Virus record (IMG/VR): IMGVR_UViG_3300005259_000015
Location: 1 to 35,096 of that record
Origin: a virus
Taxonomy: Duplodnaviria > Caudoviricetes
DNA: 35,096 bases
Strand: one strand, 5' to 3'
The notes under the pieces are model-generated. The model ran no database searches and was not told where the DNA came from. It saw only the letters and a list, made by a program, of their open reading frames with translations. Position 1 is the stretch's first letter, and every line of letters starts with the position of its first letter. The position numbers and the translations under genes are program-made. Shown piece by piece: positions 35,058 through 35,096 of this stretch.

Positions 35058-35096
35058 GCGCGGTTTATATAAACAAAAGACAAAAACCAAATGAGA

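Larger units (their letters stand above)
1..35096. mobile_element. Mu-like transposable siphophage/prophage, essentially complete
   Basis: DDE transposase, adjacent AAA+ ATPase, Gam, GemA, Mor-like and MuF genes; full head, tail and lysis set; no tail sheath or integrase recognised; inverted end repeats within 200 bp of both window ends. Exact TG...CA termini not resolved. Confidence 0.93.

Noticed and set aside
1-35096. tRNA/rRNA genes or stop-codon reassignment
   Set aside because: No cloverleaf or rRNA-like sequence noticed; genes are intact under code 11 and all three stop codons are used

Overview
The window is an apparently complete ~35 kb transposable (Mu-like) temperate phage with a non-contractile tail. 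It is bounded by inverted 21-22 bp end repeats (104-125, 158-179 vs 35019-35039, plus weaker sites). The host is probably in the Bacteroidota/Chlorobi/Ignavibacteria group, inferred from AT-rich starts that mostly lack a Shine-Dalgarno and from signal peptides followed by Gln. The lysis/lysogeny switch lies in the middle (14820-15048, four palindromic operators and divergent promoters). The leftward arm encodes two HTH proteins, a DDE transposase, an AAA+ transposition ATPase, Gam and a Gam-like paralogue, DUF5131, GemA, a Mor-like protein, and then terminase, portal and MuF. The rightward arm encodes the repressor, an outer-membrane beta-barrel, XkdF-like protease, capsid, neck proteins, two tail-tube paralogues, a lysis cassette, a frameshifted tail chaperone, tape measure and tail-tip proteins. 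Three features stand out. (1) Five genes in the virion module, including a tail-fibre-like protein, carry Sec-type signal peptides. (2) The two separated late operons are headed by a near-identical 34 bp promoter in opposite orientation. (3) At least five unrelated short-repeat families are scattered through both arms, co-oriented on the + strand regardless of transcription direction and often translated in frame. All protein assignments come from motif recognition by eye, not database searches.
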